64,000 bases of DNA from a virus. Below the pieces are notes generated by a model. That model did no database searches, had not been told where the DNA came from, and worked only from the letters and a program-made list of their open reading frames with translations. Numbering within the stretch: position 1 is the stretch's first letter; each line of letters begins with the position of its first letter. The translations under genes and the position numbers were made by a program. Below, piece after piece: positions 1 through 9,774 of the stretch. The stretch covers positions 1 through 64,000 of IMG/VR virus record IMGVR_UViG_3300039008_000031. One strand, written 5' to 3'.

Positions 1-2175
1 TTCAACCAGAGAGTTAAACCCTACTCCTGCTTGAATGTTCCCAGACGGACTTTCACCAGACAACAGAGCCTTAGTAACTTCCAGATCACGGTTTCCACGA
101 GCCTGAGCACCCATCTTTTCGACTTCACGTTCATGGGTCAAACCAGAGACATCATTCTCAGTTTCGGTAAAGATCTTAGCAGCTTCTGCACGGGCTTTTG
201 CAGCCTTGGCACGTTCTACTTCAATCTCAGCCTCCAGCTTGGCAATCTCCAGTTCCTTTTGTTTGACCTGAAGAGGATCAGGTTGAGGTTGGTAGTTACG
301 GATACGATCTGCCAGATGAGGCATTCGTTTCAGATCTGCAATCTCAGCCACAATAGTTTGCATCAAGCCCGGATCCATATCAGGACCGACTGTTTGCATC
401 ATGAAACCAAGATCCTGAGCTTTCTGTTCGTCAACATTCGCAGTAGAAATGTCCACAATCAGATCGAACTTACCTTCCAGATCTTCCCGTTTTACCGAGA
501 TGTATTCTTCATTGGTGACTCGGATTACCTCTTCTTCCTCAAGGTAACGGGCATTCATGGAGATGATCTTTTCCCCAATCTGCTTCATACCTTTTGCAAG
601 ACGACGAAGTATACTCATCTCACGTGTTGCTGCAGCATCCAAGGCACCACGGATACCGGTTGCAACTTTACCGTAAGCTTCCCCAGAAACACCCCCAGAG
701 AAAGACTTAACCCCAGTAAGCCCTTCTGCTTCTTGGTTTTGCATCATGAGTGTTTCATGAGCAGAGCGAGGAATTTCCGGGTACAGCATCTGCTGAATGG
801 AGGTTCGGGGATCTCCGTTAGGGTTAAACTCAAAGTCTTCCCCATTAACAAAACGACGACGGTTTACCGGGTCCAAGAAACCCTTGGCATAACCAGTCTG
901 AGCATTTGCAGAACGACCCAGAAGATCAATCGTACCCCGAGTAACTGCACCAATGATACGTTGGTTATCTTGAAGAAGTGAGGCGTCAGCTTCACCAAAC
1001 ACAGAACCAAGGATAGGCATGTAGTTGACGAGAACAAACGGAGGTTTCTGATCCGGGAAAGGGTTCTCAGACATCTGAATAATGGTGTCACCAATCCAAG
1101 TGACAACAATCGGAACCATCTCACCAGAGTTGTGAATATCGGACAAACCCCAATACTCATAAACCAGAACCTTACCTTTCTTGTTACCGGGACCAGTGGC
1201 CACAGTAGCAGGAGTATTGGAAGTGTGGTCTTGGTTTCCGAGCTGAGAGTTTACCTTGTTCTGGTCCCAAGAAACCTTATCAAGGTTCTTATAAATCCGA
1301 CGTTTCCTTAGTTCACTTTCCGTAGCCTCATAGGTGTGGATCATGAACTGGGCTTCTTCCCACACACCATTGCACGACGGATCTACAAAGAGGTTCCGTA
1401 CATCAACAATCTTCAGGGAAGGACGGTTCAGAACCACTTTCTCTTCCATTCGTTTGGTTACACCATTCTCTTGGGCTTTAACCAAAGTACGGAGTTCCAT
1501 GGACTTCTCAGCAGATGCTTTGAGGTCATCAGGAAGAGAGTCATACTGAGGGTCTTGGGTCTGCAGAAGCTGAATAGCTTGTTGGAGTACCTGAGCCTCT
1601 TCAGGAGACTGTACAGGGTGGTAGACATAGTTGATCGTTTCAACCTCAGTCTTCTGTACTTTCCGTTCCCAACCAACACGAACAATAACAGTACCTTCAT
1701 CGACAGTAGTACGCACATACCGGTCAATGAAGTCTACTTTGTCCAATTTGGTATCAAACTGCCAATTCAGCACCAACTCATTCTGACGAGCTTTAGGCTG
1801 ATCCTCTCCTGTACGGGGAGTAACCTGAAACATTTTCTGGGAGTTCAGAAAAGGTTCTGACAGAGCAGGGTAACGCCATTCATTGTGTTTTCGGATCAGC
1901 TTAGGCTGAACCTTGGAACGTCCTGTTTTCTTGGATTTGTTACCACTCTCTGCACCAGAGGTGTTCCGAAGATTCAACCAACCTTCAACATTCGAACGTT
2001 GTTCGATGTTTTCTTGACGTGCGTCTTCCAGATCCTGTTTTAGCTCCAGAATTGTAGGTTCTTTTTCCCAATTCGTGAGCTTTGATTTATCAGGTTCTTG
2101 GGACAGATAGTTCACATCAGTCTCTAGGGGTGCTGCCCCTTCGTTTCGGTTATGAGGTGTATTGCGGTTTTCCAT
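1..2175 (-). CDS. Portal protein (N4 gp59-like), 3' end cut by the window edge
   Basis: The minus-strand frame starts at ATG 2175-2173 (MENRNTPHNRNEGAAPLETDVNYLSQEPDKSKLTNWEKEPTILELK...). It stays open for all 725 codons down to position 1: no TTA/CTA/TCA occurs in that phase on the + strand. It is absent from the ORF track only because it has no in-window stop. Its size (>725 aa) and position next to the lysis cassette, gp67-like gene and terminase match the N4 portal. The assignment rests on synteny and size, not on a motif. Confidence 0.7.
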   Translation of the reverse strand, partial: MENRNTPHNRNEGAAPLETDVNYLSQEPDKSKLTNWEKEPTILELKQDLEDARQENIEQRSNVEGWLNLRNTSGAESGNKSKKTGRSKVQPKLIRKHNEWRYPALSEPFLNSQKMFQVTPRTGEDQPKARQNELVLNWQFDTKLDKVDFIDRYVRTTVDEGTVIVRVGWERKVQKTEVETINYVYHPVQSPEEAQVLQQAIQLLQTQDPQYDSLPDDLKASAEKSMELRTLVKAQENGVTKRMEEKVVLNRPSLKIVDVRNLFVDPSCNGVWEEAQFMIHTYEATESELRKRRIYKNLDKVSWDQNKVNSQLGNQDHTSNTPATVATGPGNKKGKVLVYEYWGLSDIHNSGEMVPIVVTWIGDTIIQMSENPFPDQKPPFVLVNYMPILGSVFGEADASLLQDNQRIIGAVTRGTIDLLGRSANAQTGYAKGFLDPVNRRRFVNGEDFEFNPNGDPRTSIQQMLYPEIPRSAHETLMMQNQEAEGLTGVKSFSGGVSGEAYGKVATGIRGALDAAATREMSILRRLAKGMKQIGEKIISMNARYLEEEEVIRVTNEEYISVKREDLEGKFDLIVDISTANVDEQKAQDLGFMMQTVGPDMDPGLMQTIVAEIADLKRMPHLADRIRNYQPQPDPLQVKQKELEIAKLEAEIEVERAKAAKARAEAAKIFTETENDVSGLTHEREVEKMGAQARGNRDLEVTKALLSGESPSGNIQAGVGFNSLVE

Positions 2176-2187
2176 AGAGCAGGTACC

Positions 2188-2478
2188 TTAAATTGGGTCA
2201 GTACAGTTTTTGATTTCATGGGCTTCACACAAAGTATACAGCCGACCATTCACTGTGATGAGGCTTTCAGTATTCTTGATGTACCCCTCAGTCAAGTTTC
2301 CCACCGTGTGGTCTTGAACCAAGACAGGAGCAATGCCTTGGTAGGTTTGTTCAGGGATACCTTCAGAACCAGAGACAAAAATCTCACTGCATCCGCTCAT
2401 CAATAGAGCGATGGAAAGCATCAAGCACGTTACCCACACTACGTGGCAAAGGCGTCGAATAATCAACATCAGGAACAC
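2188..2478 (-). CDS. o-spanin candidate (Rz1-like lipoprotein)
   Basis: The N-terminus IIRRLCHVVWVTCLMLSIALLMSGC has a basic n-region, a hydrophobic core and a lipobox-like LMSG|C. The ORF starts out of frame inside the 3' end of the i-spanin gene, which is the overlapped spanin architecture. The true start could be an internal Met (2469 or 2421). Confidence 0.5.
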   Translation of the reverse strand: MFLMLIIRRLCHVVWVTCLMLSIALLMSGCSEIFVSGSEGIPEQTYQGIAPVLVQDHTVGNLTEGYIKNTESLITVNGRLYTLCEAHEIKNCTDPI

Positions 2479-2704
2479 TCCTTAGTTCAAGCAAAGCAGC
2501 TTGAGCTACTTTGCGGGTTTCATGTTCTCGGGCCAACTGTTCGGCCACAAGTTTGAGGTTTTCCTGAGCTTTCTGGCGTTCAGCTTCTAACTGAGAAACT
2601 TCTGCCTTCAGTTCAGAATTTCGGTCATACAGATACTTTGAGACCGCCCCCAAGGAAATGGAGACGGCCACAAGAGTACCTACGATGTAGGTCACTGGTT
2701 TCAT
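2384..2704 (-). CDS. i-spanin candidate (Rz-like)
   Basis: An N-terminal TM segment (YIVGTLVAVSISLGAV) is followed by a charged coiled-coil-like region (SELKAEVSQLEAERQKAQENLKLVAEQLAREHE). It lies directly downstream of the endolysin with a 4-nt overlap and overlaps the lipoprotein ORF. Confidence 0.6.
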   Translation of the reverse strand: MKPVTYIVGTLVAVSISLGAVSKYLYDRNSELKAEVSQLEAERQKAQENLKLVAEQLAREHETRKVAQAALLELRSVPDVDYSTPLPRSVGNVLDAFHRSIDERMQ

Positions 2705-3381
2705 AGAAAATCTTTCAGACGTTCTCGGAGAATATCTCCTGCTTGTTTAGCAGGAAGGAGTTTACTGAGGTCATCGGGAAGAACTCGAATATCCCACTTG
2801 CCTCGTTGTTTGATGCCAATATTAGGACCAACTTCAGCATGTGTCAGTGTGGTCCAAGGTGAAGGTTTGATGTCATACAGTTTGCAGTATTCTGCAGTAC
2901 GTTTCAACATGCCATCAATACCTTCCCACGTAATCGGGAACTTTCCTGCATCAACTGTAGAACCAGAACAAGAAGCACCTGCCATACAGGCAATACCAAT
3001 ACCGATAGAACCAGTGTTAGCCATAAATGTGTGGGAGACACCAATACGGTTCCGGTAGGAGTATTCTGCCTGAAGCTGGGCAAGAGCACCACCATCATAG
3101 ACATTCCCCATATGGTCTACACCGTCATTGTAATGGGCAAGAGAGGTTTTGGAGACAGCATACCCAGAAGCCATCCAGTGCCAATGGACACGGTTGATAC
3201 CACTAGGATGGAAAAGATCTTCAACCTGATCAGCATCAAAGTATTCAAGAGCACATTTCACAGCATACTGTGTGTTGGGACCATTCATACCATCTACAGC
3301 AAGCAAAGGTTTTTTGTACTCAGACAGAAAGTCCAAAGAATTTAGACGGATCTGAAGGTCTCGTGTTGTTCGATTGTGCAT
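2701..3381 (-). CDS. Endolysin: peptidoglycan-binding domain + Amidase_2-like N-acetylmuramoyl-L-alanine amidase
   Basis: Start refined to ATG 3381 (MHNRTTRDLQIRL...), preceded by AAACCAAGAGAG. The segment LQIRLNSLDFL..LLAVDGMNGPNTQYAVKCALEYF fits the PG_binding_1 pattern. The segments RVHWHWMASGY ... VSHTFMANTGSIGIGIACMAG ... LTHAEV resemble the T7-lysozyme/PGRP amidase core. No conserved Cys ligand was seen, so the enzymatic class is tentative. Confidence 0.6.
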   Translation of the reverse strand: MHNRTTRDLQIRLNSLDFLSEYKKPLLAVDGMNGPNTQYAVKCALEYFDADQVEDLFHPSGINRVHWHWMASGYAVSKTSLAHYNDGVDHMGNVYDGGALAQLQAEYSYRNRIGVSHTFMANTGSIGIGIACMAGASCSGSTVDAGKFPITWEGIDGMLKRTAEYCKLYDIKPSPWTTLTHAEVGPNIGIKQRGKWDIRVLPDDLSKLLPAKQAGDILRERLKDFL

Positions 3382-3398
3382 GGGATTACTCTCTTGGT

Positions 3399-3560
3399 TT
3401 ATTGTGGGGGAAGGCAGACTTCTACCCTCCCCTTTGGGATCTGTGTGGTTTGTGGAATTTGCTTGAAATTCGCATATGCCATGAAACACATCCATGACAC
3501 GATAATCCACAAAGACCAATTGATGCGAACTTTATGCCCAACTACAAATCTGTAAGTCAT
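3399..3560 (-). CDS. Small membrane protein in the lysis cassette (possible antiholin or second holin)
   Basis: ATG 3560 lies 1 nt after the holin-candidate stop (TGAAATG). The 53-aa product MTYRFVVGHKVRINWSLWIIVSWMCFMAY... has one hydrophobic helix. Confidence 0.4.
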   Translation of the reverse strand: MTYRFVVGHKVRINWSLWIIVSWMCFMAYANFKQIPQTTQIPKGRVEVCLPPQ

Positions 3561-3561
3561 T

Positions 3562-3909
3562 TCAATTACTCCGGCTCTTAATCCAAACATCAACAAACAT
3601 GTTGATCCAGTCAGGCAGCTTCGTGATCAAGGCACGGAAGATATGTTCACCAGAGATAGCGAGCAGAATAACCAAAGGAATGGTTAGGTTATCGTCAGAG
3701 AGTACCTCAAACGAAGCTTGAAGAGGTACATGGCCTGAATAAGCACAAATGCACCCGGCGATAATCCCACCATAGGTTCGTTTTTTACGAAGACGACGAG
3801 ACTTTTCAGTCTCATTATCTGGGATTGGTTCTTCTGACATGAGCCATTTGGCAAAAAGAGTCAGACAAATAAGAGCTGTGAGTTCCAGCTTGTCATAAAG
3901 ATCGGTCAT
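3562..3909 (-). CDS. Holin candidate (multi-TM membrane protein)
   Basis: The 115-aa product has hydrophobic segments (LTALICLTLFAKWL; GGIIAGCICAY; IPLVILLAISG) and a basic loop (RRLRKKR). It sits immediately upstream of the endolysin. Confidence 0.5.
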   Translation of the reverse strand: MTDLYDKLELTALICLTLFAKWLMSEEPIPDNETEKSRRLRKKRTYGGIIAGCICAYSGHVPLQASFEVLSDDNLTIPLVILLAISGEHIFRALITKLPDWINMFVDVWIKSRSN

Positions 3910-4571
3910 GCGAAACCCCTATCCTCAAACCGAGTATCTTCTTGGACCTCGGAGACATTGGAAGTGTTTCGTGTCTCGTCTTCACCCATATGACGAAGGT
4001 ATGCCCCAAAGTAAGCATCGCCTTTTTGAGAGTGTTCTTGGCCATTCATGTGGCTGATATACAGAGAGGCCACAAAAAGCTGAAGGGCTGCTTCCAGATT
4101 AGGTGGGATTTTAATTACATCTGTCTCACCAACTTCAGGGTGTTTTGCTTGATAGCGGATACGTACCTTTTGGCCCAGTTCAGTCATCTTTGCAGAAGTG
4201 AACCGTAGGGTATCATAAGAGGGGGTCATAATGTGGCCGTTGGTATCCACATCATGGGTCCGCCCTTCTGCATCAAACACATCCAGAACACGTACAAAAT
4301 CCCCAGTAAAAGGGGAAAGACCGCTGTCATCAAGATACGCAGCACCAGAAACCAAGGGATAGACATTCTGTCCCGGTACAAAGGTCAGATCCACATACTG
4401 TGTGATGATCGGCATTCGGCTAGAGATGTCAGTAAGACCTTGGTTGAGCAAACCAATAACGACATCCTTATATTCTTCACAGATCTCCCCAGACTGTGCA
4501 TCTTCTACTGCGGAGGTGTTTTTGAGCTGGCCTTGTGCCAACCGTTTCATGATGTTCTTGACAGTGGTCAT
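3906..4571 (-). CDS. Virion-associated protein at the position of N4 gp67
   Basis: This 221-aa ORF lies directly downstream of the terminase genes, 11 nt after the terL stop. No catalytic motif was seen. The call is by synteny with N4-like late operons only. Confidence 0.45.
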   Translation of the reverse strand: MTTVKNIMKRLAQGQLKNTSAVEDAQSGEICEEYKDVVIGLLNQGLTDISSRMPIITQYVDLTFVPGQNVYPLVSGAAYLDDSGLSPFTGDFVRVLDVFDAEGRTHDVDTNGHIMTPSYDTLRFTSAKMTELGQKVRIRYQAKHPEVGETDVIKIPPNLEAALQLFVASLYISHMNGQEHSQKGDAYFGAYLRHMGEDETRNTSNVSEVQEDTRFEDRGFA

Positions 4572-4582
4572 CGTAAATCCTT

Positions 4583-6190
4583 TCAGCAGACATAAGTATC
4601 AAGTTCTGTCTCGATCTCTGGCTCATACTCATGATTCCCCCAGACACCAGAGTCCTCAACCTGTGGTTTAACAGTAGAGGCCGGATCTTCTGGGTTTGGT
4701 TTCCAAGGGTTCATAATAGGCAGCATAGAAACAGTATCCAGACAGTCATCTTTTCCTTTGATACCATCTTTGGTTGCAAGAGCAATCTGCCCAAGGAACA
4801 GTTGCAGTTCTTTTGATCGTTTCATCTCTACAGGAAACTTCACTTTCCCTGCTTTGAATAGAGGAACAGCAAGGTTAAAGCGAGACAATTTGTCTGTAGT
4901 GGGGCGAATACCGGGCTTACCTTTGTCATGGGTCAAATTGAAGTAAGTACCTCGAACATCCATCTCCCTCATGATCCACTGGATGAACCCTCCTTGCTGG
5001 CCTGTAACTTCGATACCAACCCCTTGAGGCTGGTATTCGATACACAGCCGGAACAGATCATCCATAGTGTTATCCATGGTTTGACGTTCCACAACACCAT
5101 CTACCCAATGCCAAACACCTTGCATGTCATAAGCCCACACAGAGATGACCGAGTAGTCAGCAGTCTGTTTAGAGGACGTTGCAAAGTCAGTAGTAATGTA
5201 GAAGTTCAGTTTGTCTTTCTGAGCCAGCAGAGCTTGTCGAGAGAACCAACCAATATCTTCGTCACGAACCAAACGACTCTCATCAGACGTAATCCGAAGC
5301 ATAAGCTCCTGACGGAAGGACTTCTCCTTTCCTTCTTTCACGGCATCATCATACATCTCTTTGACGTAATCGTAGGTAAAGCGGTCTTCCCAAGCTCCTT
5401 TGAACTCATGCCGTTCACAAGGAAACTCCTGACACACCGGCCAAACGTTGACATCCCATGCACCACTCTCAATGGCAGCATAAACAATGTCCTCTTTGTT
5501 GAAGGGCGTCCCATTCAAGATCATCTTATGACGAGTAGGGTCCATCGCATACTGAACACCAGAGTAAACAGTATCTTTGATGGCTTCCATTGCTGTAGGT
5601 GATTTGCTGTCAGCATCTGAAACCAAGTCATCCATGATGGCTAGAACAGGACGACGGTTGAAGATCTTCGTACCACGGATACCTGATTTAGCACCGAACA
5701 TCTTCACACCGAACTTACCCCCATTCCTGTTACGGAATTCCATATAGTTCTCAGTGATCCGTACCCCACTCTCAGGGATCCAATACTGAAGAAACTCAGA
5801 ACTGTCATAACGGGAACGAATGCTCTCACGTGCAGACTTCACACCGTTGTCCATAGAGTCAGACACATACAACATTCCCGGAACTGACCCAAATCCGGGG
5901 ATCCGGTTAAACACTGCAAGATACAGCGTCAGATACTCCATAAAGAGAGTGGTCTTCGCTGTACCACGAGCACAGAGATTGGCCACCTTCTTCTTACGGT
6001 TTGGGAGTTTATCCAACATAGCCAAGTGCATGACGGGAGTTTTGTTATCCTCTCCTCGTCCGTCATTCACCAGCTTAATGAAGTTCATATACTCCAGAGC
6101 AAATTTAGAAGGGACAAAGGATCCTGAGTTCAGGAAGTCAAAATCCACCTCATCAAGAAACTCGTCTACAGTTTTTTCAAGATTCAACAT
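4583..6190 (-). CDS. terL: Terminase large subunit
   Basis: The 535-aa product has a P-loop-like ARGTAKTT and a Walker B-like VLAIMDDLVSD. It is followed by a C-terminal nuclease-type region (ITTDFATS...DYSVISVWA...KDDCLDT). It overlaps the upstream gp69-like gene. Confidence 0.9.
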   Translation of the reverse strand: MLNLEKTVDEFLDEVDFDFLNSGSFVPSKFALEYMNFIKLVNDGRGEDNKTPVMHLAMLDKLPNRKKKVANLCARGTAKTTLFMEYLTLYLAVFNRIPGFGSVPGMLYVSDSMDNGVKSARESIRSRYDSSEFLQYWIPESGVRITENYMEFRNRNGGKFGVKMFGAKSGIRGTKIFNRRPVLAIMDDLVSDADSKSPTAMEAIKDTVYSGVQYAMDPTRHKMILNGTPFNKEDIVYAAIESGAWDVNVWPVCQEFPCERHEFKGAWEDRFTYDYVKEMYDDAVKEGKEKSFRQELMLRITSDESRLVRDEDIGWFSRQALLAQKDKLNFYITTDFATSSKQTADYSVISVWAYDMQGVWHWVDGVVERQTMDNTMDDLFRLCIEYQPQGVGIEVTGQQGGFIQWIMREMDVRGTYFNLTHDKGKPGIRPTTDKLSRFNLAVPLFKAGKVKFPVEMKRSKELQLFLGQIALATKDGIKGKDDCLDTVSMLPIMNPWKPNPEDPASTVKPQVEDSGVWGNHEYEPEIETELDTYVC

Positions 6191-6863
6191 CCGGGGTAAT
6201 ATCCTTCATCGGAAGATGAGCCATATCACGAGCAGTAGCTTTACCGTCGATAATGTTTTGTCTCTGAAGTTCGGCCATTTCACCAAGACGTTTTTCCAGA
6301 GACTGCATACCATCATTCAACCCGATCTCTACCTTCAGCTCTGCTTTATGAGCTTCTGGTTTCTTCAAATGGGTCAGCAGAGAGTTAGCAGCTTCAACAC
6401 GGACCTTACCACTTTCATTCACATCATTCATGATCTCGAATTGAGTATTCAGAGCATCTTGAAACATGTGTTGGTTGAGGATCCACGTAGGGATAATCGC
6501 TTGTTCCATTACTTTGTTGACCAGCTTGCCTTTATTGTAGGCAGTGACATACGAAGCAATGTCTTTGGGTGCTTTCCCGTCGGCTACCATCCTTTGATAA
6601 CGAGCAGGGAATGTAGCTTTGTAAGCATCAAGATTGGAACGACCCATAACCTTATGAGTCACGTAGATCACAGCATGGACGTAATCCCCAAGCTTAAAAC
6701 GACCTTCTTGAAGCACCTGAGAAAACGACACAAAGTTATCCCGGATGTATCGGGCTTCCTCTGGATCTTTTGAAAGAGCATTGAGCTGGTTCACCATGTC
6801 TTGGGTGATAAGGCCCTTCTGCCCTGCCGGAAGAGTATCCCGGACTTCAGTAAGGGTAAGCAT
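6177..6863 (-). CDS. N4 gp69-like protein, possible small terminase subunit
   Basis: This 228-aa ORF overlaps the terL start by 14 nt, the usual position for a small terminase subunit. No diagnostic motif was seen. Confidence 0.4.
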   Translation of the reverse strand: MLTLTEVRDTLPAGQKGLITQDMVNQLNALSKDPEEARYIRDNFVSFSQVLQEGRFKLGDYVHAVIYVTHKVMGRSNLDAYKATFPARYQRMVADGKAPKDIASYVTAYNKGKLVNKVMEQAIIPTWILNQHMFQDALNTQFEIMNDVNESGKVRVEAANSLLTHLKKPEAHKAELKVEIGLNDGMQSLEKRLGEMAELQRQNIIDGKATARDMAHLPMKDITPDVES

Positions 6864-6933
6864 TCTTCGATCCTTTTCAGATATAGGTATTCAAAATCCC
6901 TATAACTAAACCAAGACTAAAGAACAATCTTTG

Positions 6934-6966
6934 AAAAAAGGTACCCCAATTTCTCAGGGTACCTTT
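6934..6966 (-). terminator. Rho-independent terminator after the tail-fibre gene
   Basis: The minus-strand sequence reads AAAGGTACCC-tgagaaatt-GGGGTACCTTT followed by TTTTTT, located 13 nt after the 891-aa ORF stop. Confidence 0.6.
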
Positions 6967-6978
6967 GGTTTCTTATGG

Positions 6979-9654
6979 TTAGCTGCGGGAGTCTACAGAA
7001 AGCATACCCGGCATACGACCTTTCAGACGGATACGGGAAACGTCAATGACATCCCCTGCCGAGCTGCTGGCACGCCATTCAAAGCGCACCGGGCGGTTGG
7101 CAAAATCCATCCCGGTTTTGGTGTTCGCGTTGCTGTAGAGCTCGACCCCCGCGCGCGCCTCCGCCCGGAACTCCACCGCCGAGAAATTCGCAACCCGGAA
7201 CGAAACCACTCCTTTGAACGTGGTTTCAACGGCGTTTCCAAAGGTCCAGCGCAGACTGACCGAGCGGTCGTCGGTGACATCATCATCCGCGCCGTCTTGG
7301 TTGGTATCCACAGCCATGATGAGTTCCAGTGTAACATCCCCAGTAGTACCGGTTTTGACACCTTCAAACTCAAAATGAAGCTGCATATCTTTTTCAAAGA
7401 CACCAGCTGGAATGACGAGTTCATCGTGGATCTCAGTTTCAGAAGTAGCACTTGCAGAAACCAGAGCAGTTTCATCCCAAGCCAAAACTTCAGCCATTAC
7501 ATGGTGCCAACCTTCAGTCATGTTATCCATGACGATTGCCCGGCCAGTGTTCTCAAAACGAAGAAGACGCTGGTTATCCGAGACAATAGAAGGACGCAGA
7601 CCTGCAGCAGGATCGCCTTCAATACGAAGAACACCATTGCCAAAGTCATTGTGAGAAACCACACAAGCATCAGCTTCCGAACGGACACGCACAGCCTTGT
7701 GGGAACAGTTCACATGGAGACGGTTGCCACGGAAAGTGTTCTCGATGCCTTTGACATCCAGACCATAACGAGCCTCACCACGGAACAGGTTGTTCTCGAT
7801 GATGTGGTTTTTCCCTTGGTCGTCCAGAGTAATAACCAGACCGGCTCCCGAAACAGAGACTTCGTTGTCTTTGAACACACAGTCCTGACCACCGGTGAAC
7901 TTCAGGGCAGCATTACCTTGTTGAACATCACCAAGAGTGAAAATGCTGTCCGTCACAGAAATGAAGCGGCTAAACTCACCATCGTAACGGATAAGAGGTT
8001 CTTGGGCAGGCAGGGTCACACCTTCAGGCTCATGACGCCAAATATTCAGTTTACTGAAACGAGAATGTTTCGAGTGTCCAGCAACCTCAAAAGCACGAAC
8101 CCAGAACGGAGATTCCCAGTTATCCACGGTGCAGTATTGCATCAGGTTCGAAGCAAAGCCGTACTTGTGGTAGTTGTCTTCTGTGGCTTCCACGACAACA
8201 TTCTGAAGGTGGCACTTGTACCAACCCAGACGAGAAACATGGTGGCCCGAAGCAGATTTCAGACGAAGGTTACGAATAAAGATCCGGCTGACAACATGTC
8301 GAGCTGCAGAGCCATACAGACCAGCTTCACGAGTAGAGTTCACAGTAGACCACGAAACATCAGTGGCATACGCACCAGTTGCTGCATCATTTACATCAGC
8401 AATAGTACCTGCACCTGCTGCAATGGACTCATCAACAGGCATATCAAGGTAAATGCGGTTGCCCACGATACGGGAAACAACACGTACCTGGGTGCTGTTG
8501 TAATCACCGTTACCACCACCTTGACCGGCAACACCGTCACCAAAGGAACTGGTAGGAGTGTTTGTGGCTGTTGCATTCAGGAACACAATCTCGTTGCCTA
8601 CAGCAGTCCAGCTAGTGGAACCGTTCTGTGCTTCGATAAAGACATCACCCGCAGCAACTGCATTCAGAGCAGTCCACGAATAGTCGTTATCGTCTTGAGT
8701 AGCGAAAGAACCAATCGAAAGAGAGTTCACAGCCAGAGACTCACCGGGAACCTCAGCACTCAGATTGTTTTCGATAGTACAACCATTGCCTTCCAGATTG
8801 ACAGTGGAACGCATACAGGGAGGACGGTCAACAATCAGATGACCACCACCATCAAGAACCAGAGTAGAAGCAGGTTCGTGGTCGTAGAGATAGTCCAGTG
8901 CTTCTTGGAAACGAATTCGGTTGGTTTGGGCATCAGCAGGATTACCAGAGAAATCCACACCCCAAGCAGAAAGACGGAAGCCTACCCCATCCCGAATAAC
9001 ATTCAGACGAACACCACCTGCAGTCTCGATATTGTAAGCAGTGGCGATAACCGGAAGAACCCGGTAGGAATGCCCTTCTGCACGAGTCTGGATAACATCC
9101 CCGACGGCAACAGTACCCGGTTGACCAGCAGCATAGGTGAACCCCGTATCAGTACGGAGCGAAGCAGCATCAGCAGCACTCGGACCACCATAAGCAGAAG
9201 CCTGTTGTGCAGCCGTCTGAGCATCAGTAGCTGCTTGGGTTGCAGTCTGTGCAGCGGTGTTTGCTTGGGACATGTTCGATTTGAAGTAGTTATACAGATC
9301 AAAAGATCCTGCCTCCAAACCATCACGAGTAATATCCAGCTGAGACAGCTTGTACGGGCCTTCCCCAGATACCGACACAGAACCCAGATACTCTTTACGA
9401 ACCTCTTTCGAAGGCAGCCCATAAAGTACATGGATCTTGTACGAGAACTTCACATGGTTCTCTGTGTTTGTGGCAACGTCTACGGAGAAGTTACCCAGAT
9501 CATCAATGGGTGCTCGGAAGGGACCAGAAACGAAAACAGCCTCGTCTGTCTGTTTGTCCCAGTCCACCAGTTCAAACTCAATCGCAGCCTTATAAGGTGC
9601 AACTACGTTTGGAAGGAAGATCGGCCCAGTGATTTGAGTCGTAGCAATGGTCAT
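6979..9654 (-). CDS. Tail fibre / tailspike with a parallel beta-helix (depolymerase-like) body
   Basis: The 891-aa product has an N-terminal domain followed by an Ala/Gln/Thr coil (QANTAAQTATQAATDAQTAAQQASAYG). After that come repeated beta-helix-like rungs (IENNLFRGEARYGLDVKG, VVSHNDFGNGVLRIEG, VFKDNEVSVSG). An SD AGGAGG lies upstream of the ATG. The sense frame contains no TTA/CTA/TCA codon. Confidence 0.65.
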   Translation of the reverse strand: MTIATTQITGPIFLPNVVAPYKAAIEFELVDWDKQTDEAVFVSGPFRAPIDDLGNFSVDVATNTENHVKFSYKIHVLYGLPSKEVRKEYLGSVSVSGEGPYKLSQLDITRDGLEAGSFDLYNYFKSNMSQANTAAQTATQAATDAQTAAQQASAYGGPSAADAASLRTDTGFTYAAGQPGTVAVGDVIQTRAEGHSYRVLPVIATAYNIETAGGVRLNVIRDGVGFRLSAWGVDFSGNPADAQTNRIRFQEALDYLYDHEPASTLVLDGGGHLIVDRPPCMRSTVNLEGNGCTIENNLSAEVPGESLAVNSLSIGSFATQDDNDYSWTALNAVAAGDVFIEAQNGSTSWTAVGNEIVFLNATATNTPTSSFGDGVAGQGGGNGDYNSTQVRVVSRIVGNRIYLDMPVDESIAAGAGTIADVNDAATGAYATDVSWSTVNSTREAGLYGSAARHVVSRIFIRNLRLKSASGHHVSRLGWYKCHLQNVVVEATEDNYHKYGFASNLMQYCTVDNWESPFWVRAFEVAGHSKHSRFSKLNIWRHEPEGVTLPAQEPLIRYDGEFSRFISVTDSIFTLGDVQQGNAALKFTGGQDCVFKDNEVSVSGAGLVITLDDQGKNHIIENNLFRGEARYGLDVKGIENTFRGNRLHVNCSHKAVRVRSEADACVVSHNDFGNGVLRIEGDPAAGLRPSIVSDNQRLLRFENTGRAIVMDNMTEGWHHVMAEVLAWDETALVSASATSETEIHDELVIPAGVFEKDMQLHFEFEGVKTGTTGDVTLELIMAVDTNQDGADDDVTDDRSVSLRWTFGNAVETTFKGVVSFRVANFSAVEFRAEARAGVELYSNANTKTGMDFANRPVRFEWRASSSAGDVIDVSRIRLKGRMPGMLSVDSRS

Positions 9655-9774
9655 ATGTAAGACCTCCTAGGTTGATATGATAGGTTTGGCTACTATGTGT
9701 CACACCTTTGCGTCAAGGCGTATAAGTCCCCGGATTTTCGACGAACAAAGCCCGCTTTGTGAGGAGCCGTCGCA

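Noticed and set aside
31-981. A 316-aa plus-strand ORF at the window start.
   Set aside because: It is antisense, in phase, to the edge-truncated portal gene. Its composition is implausible.
6931-9660. A 909-aa plus-strand ORF spanning the whole fibre gene.
   Set aside because: It is codon-aligned antisense to the 891-aa minus-strand gene and is open only because the sense gene lacks TTA/CTA/TCA codons. Its composition is Ser/Thr/Arg/Cys-rich, it has a TTG start with no SD, and it runs against the operon direction.
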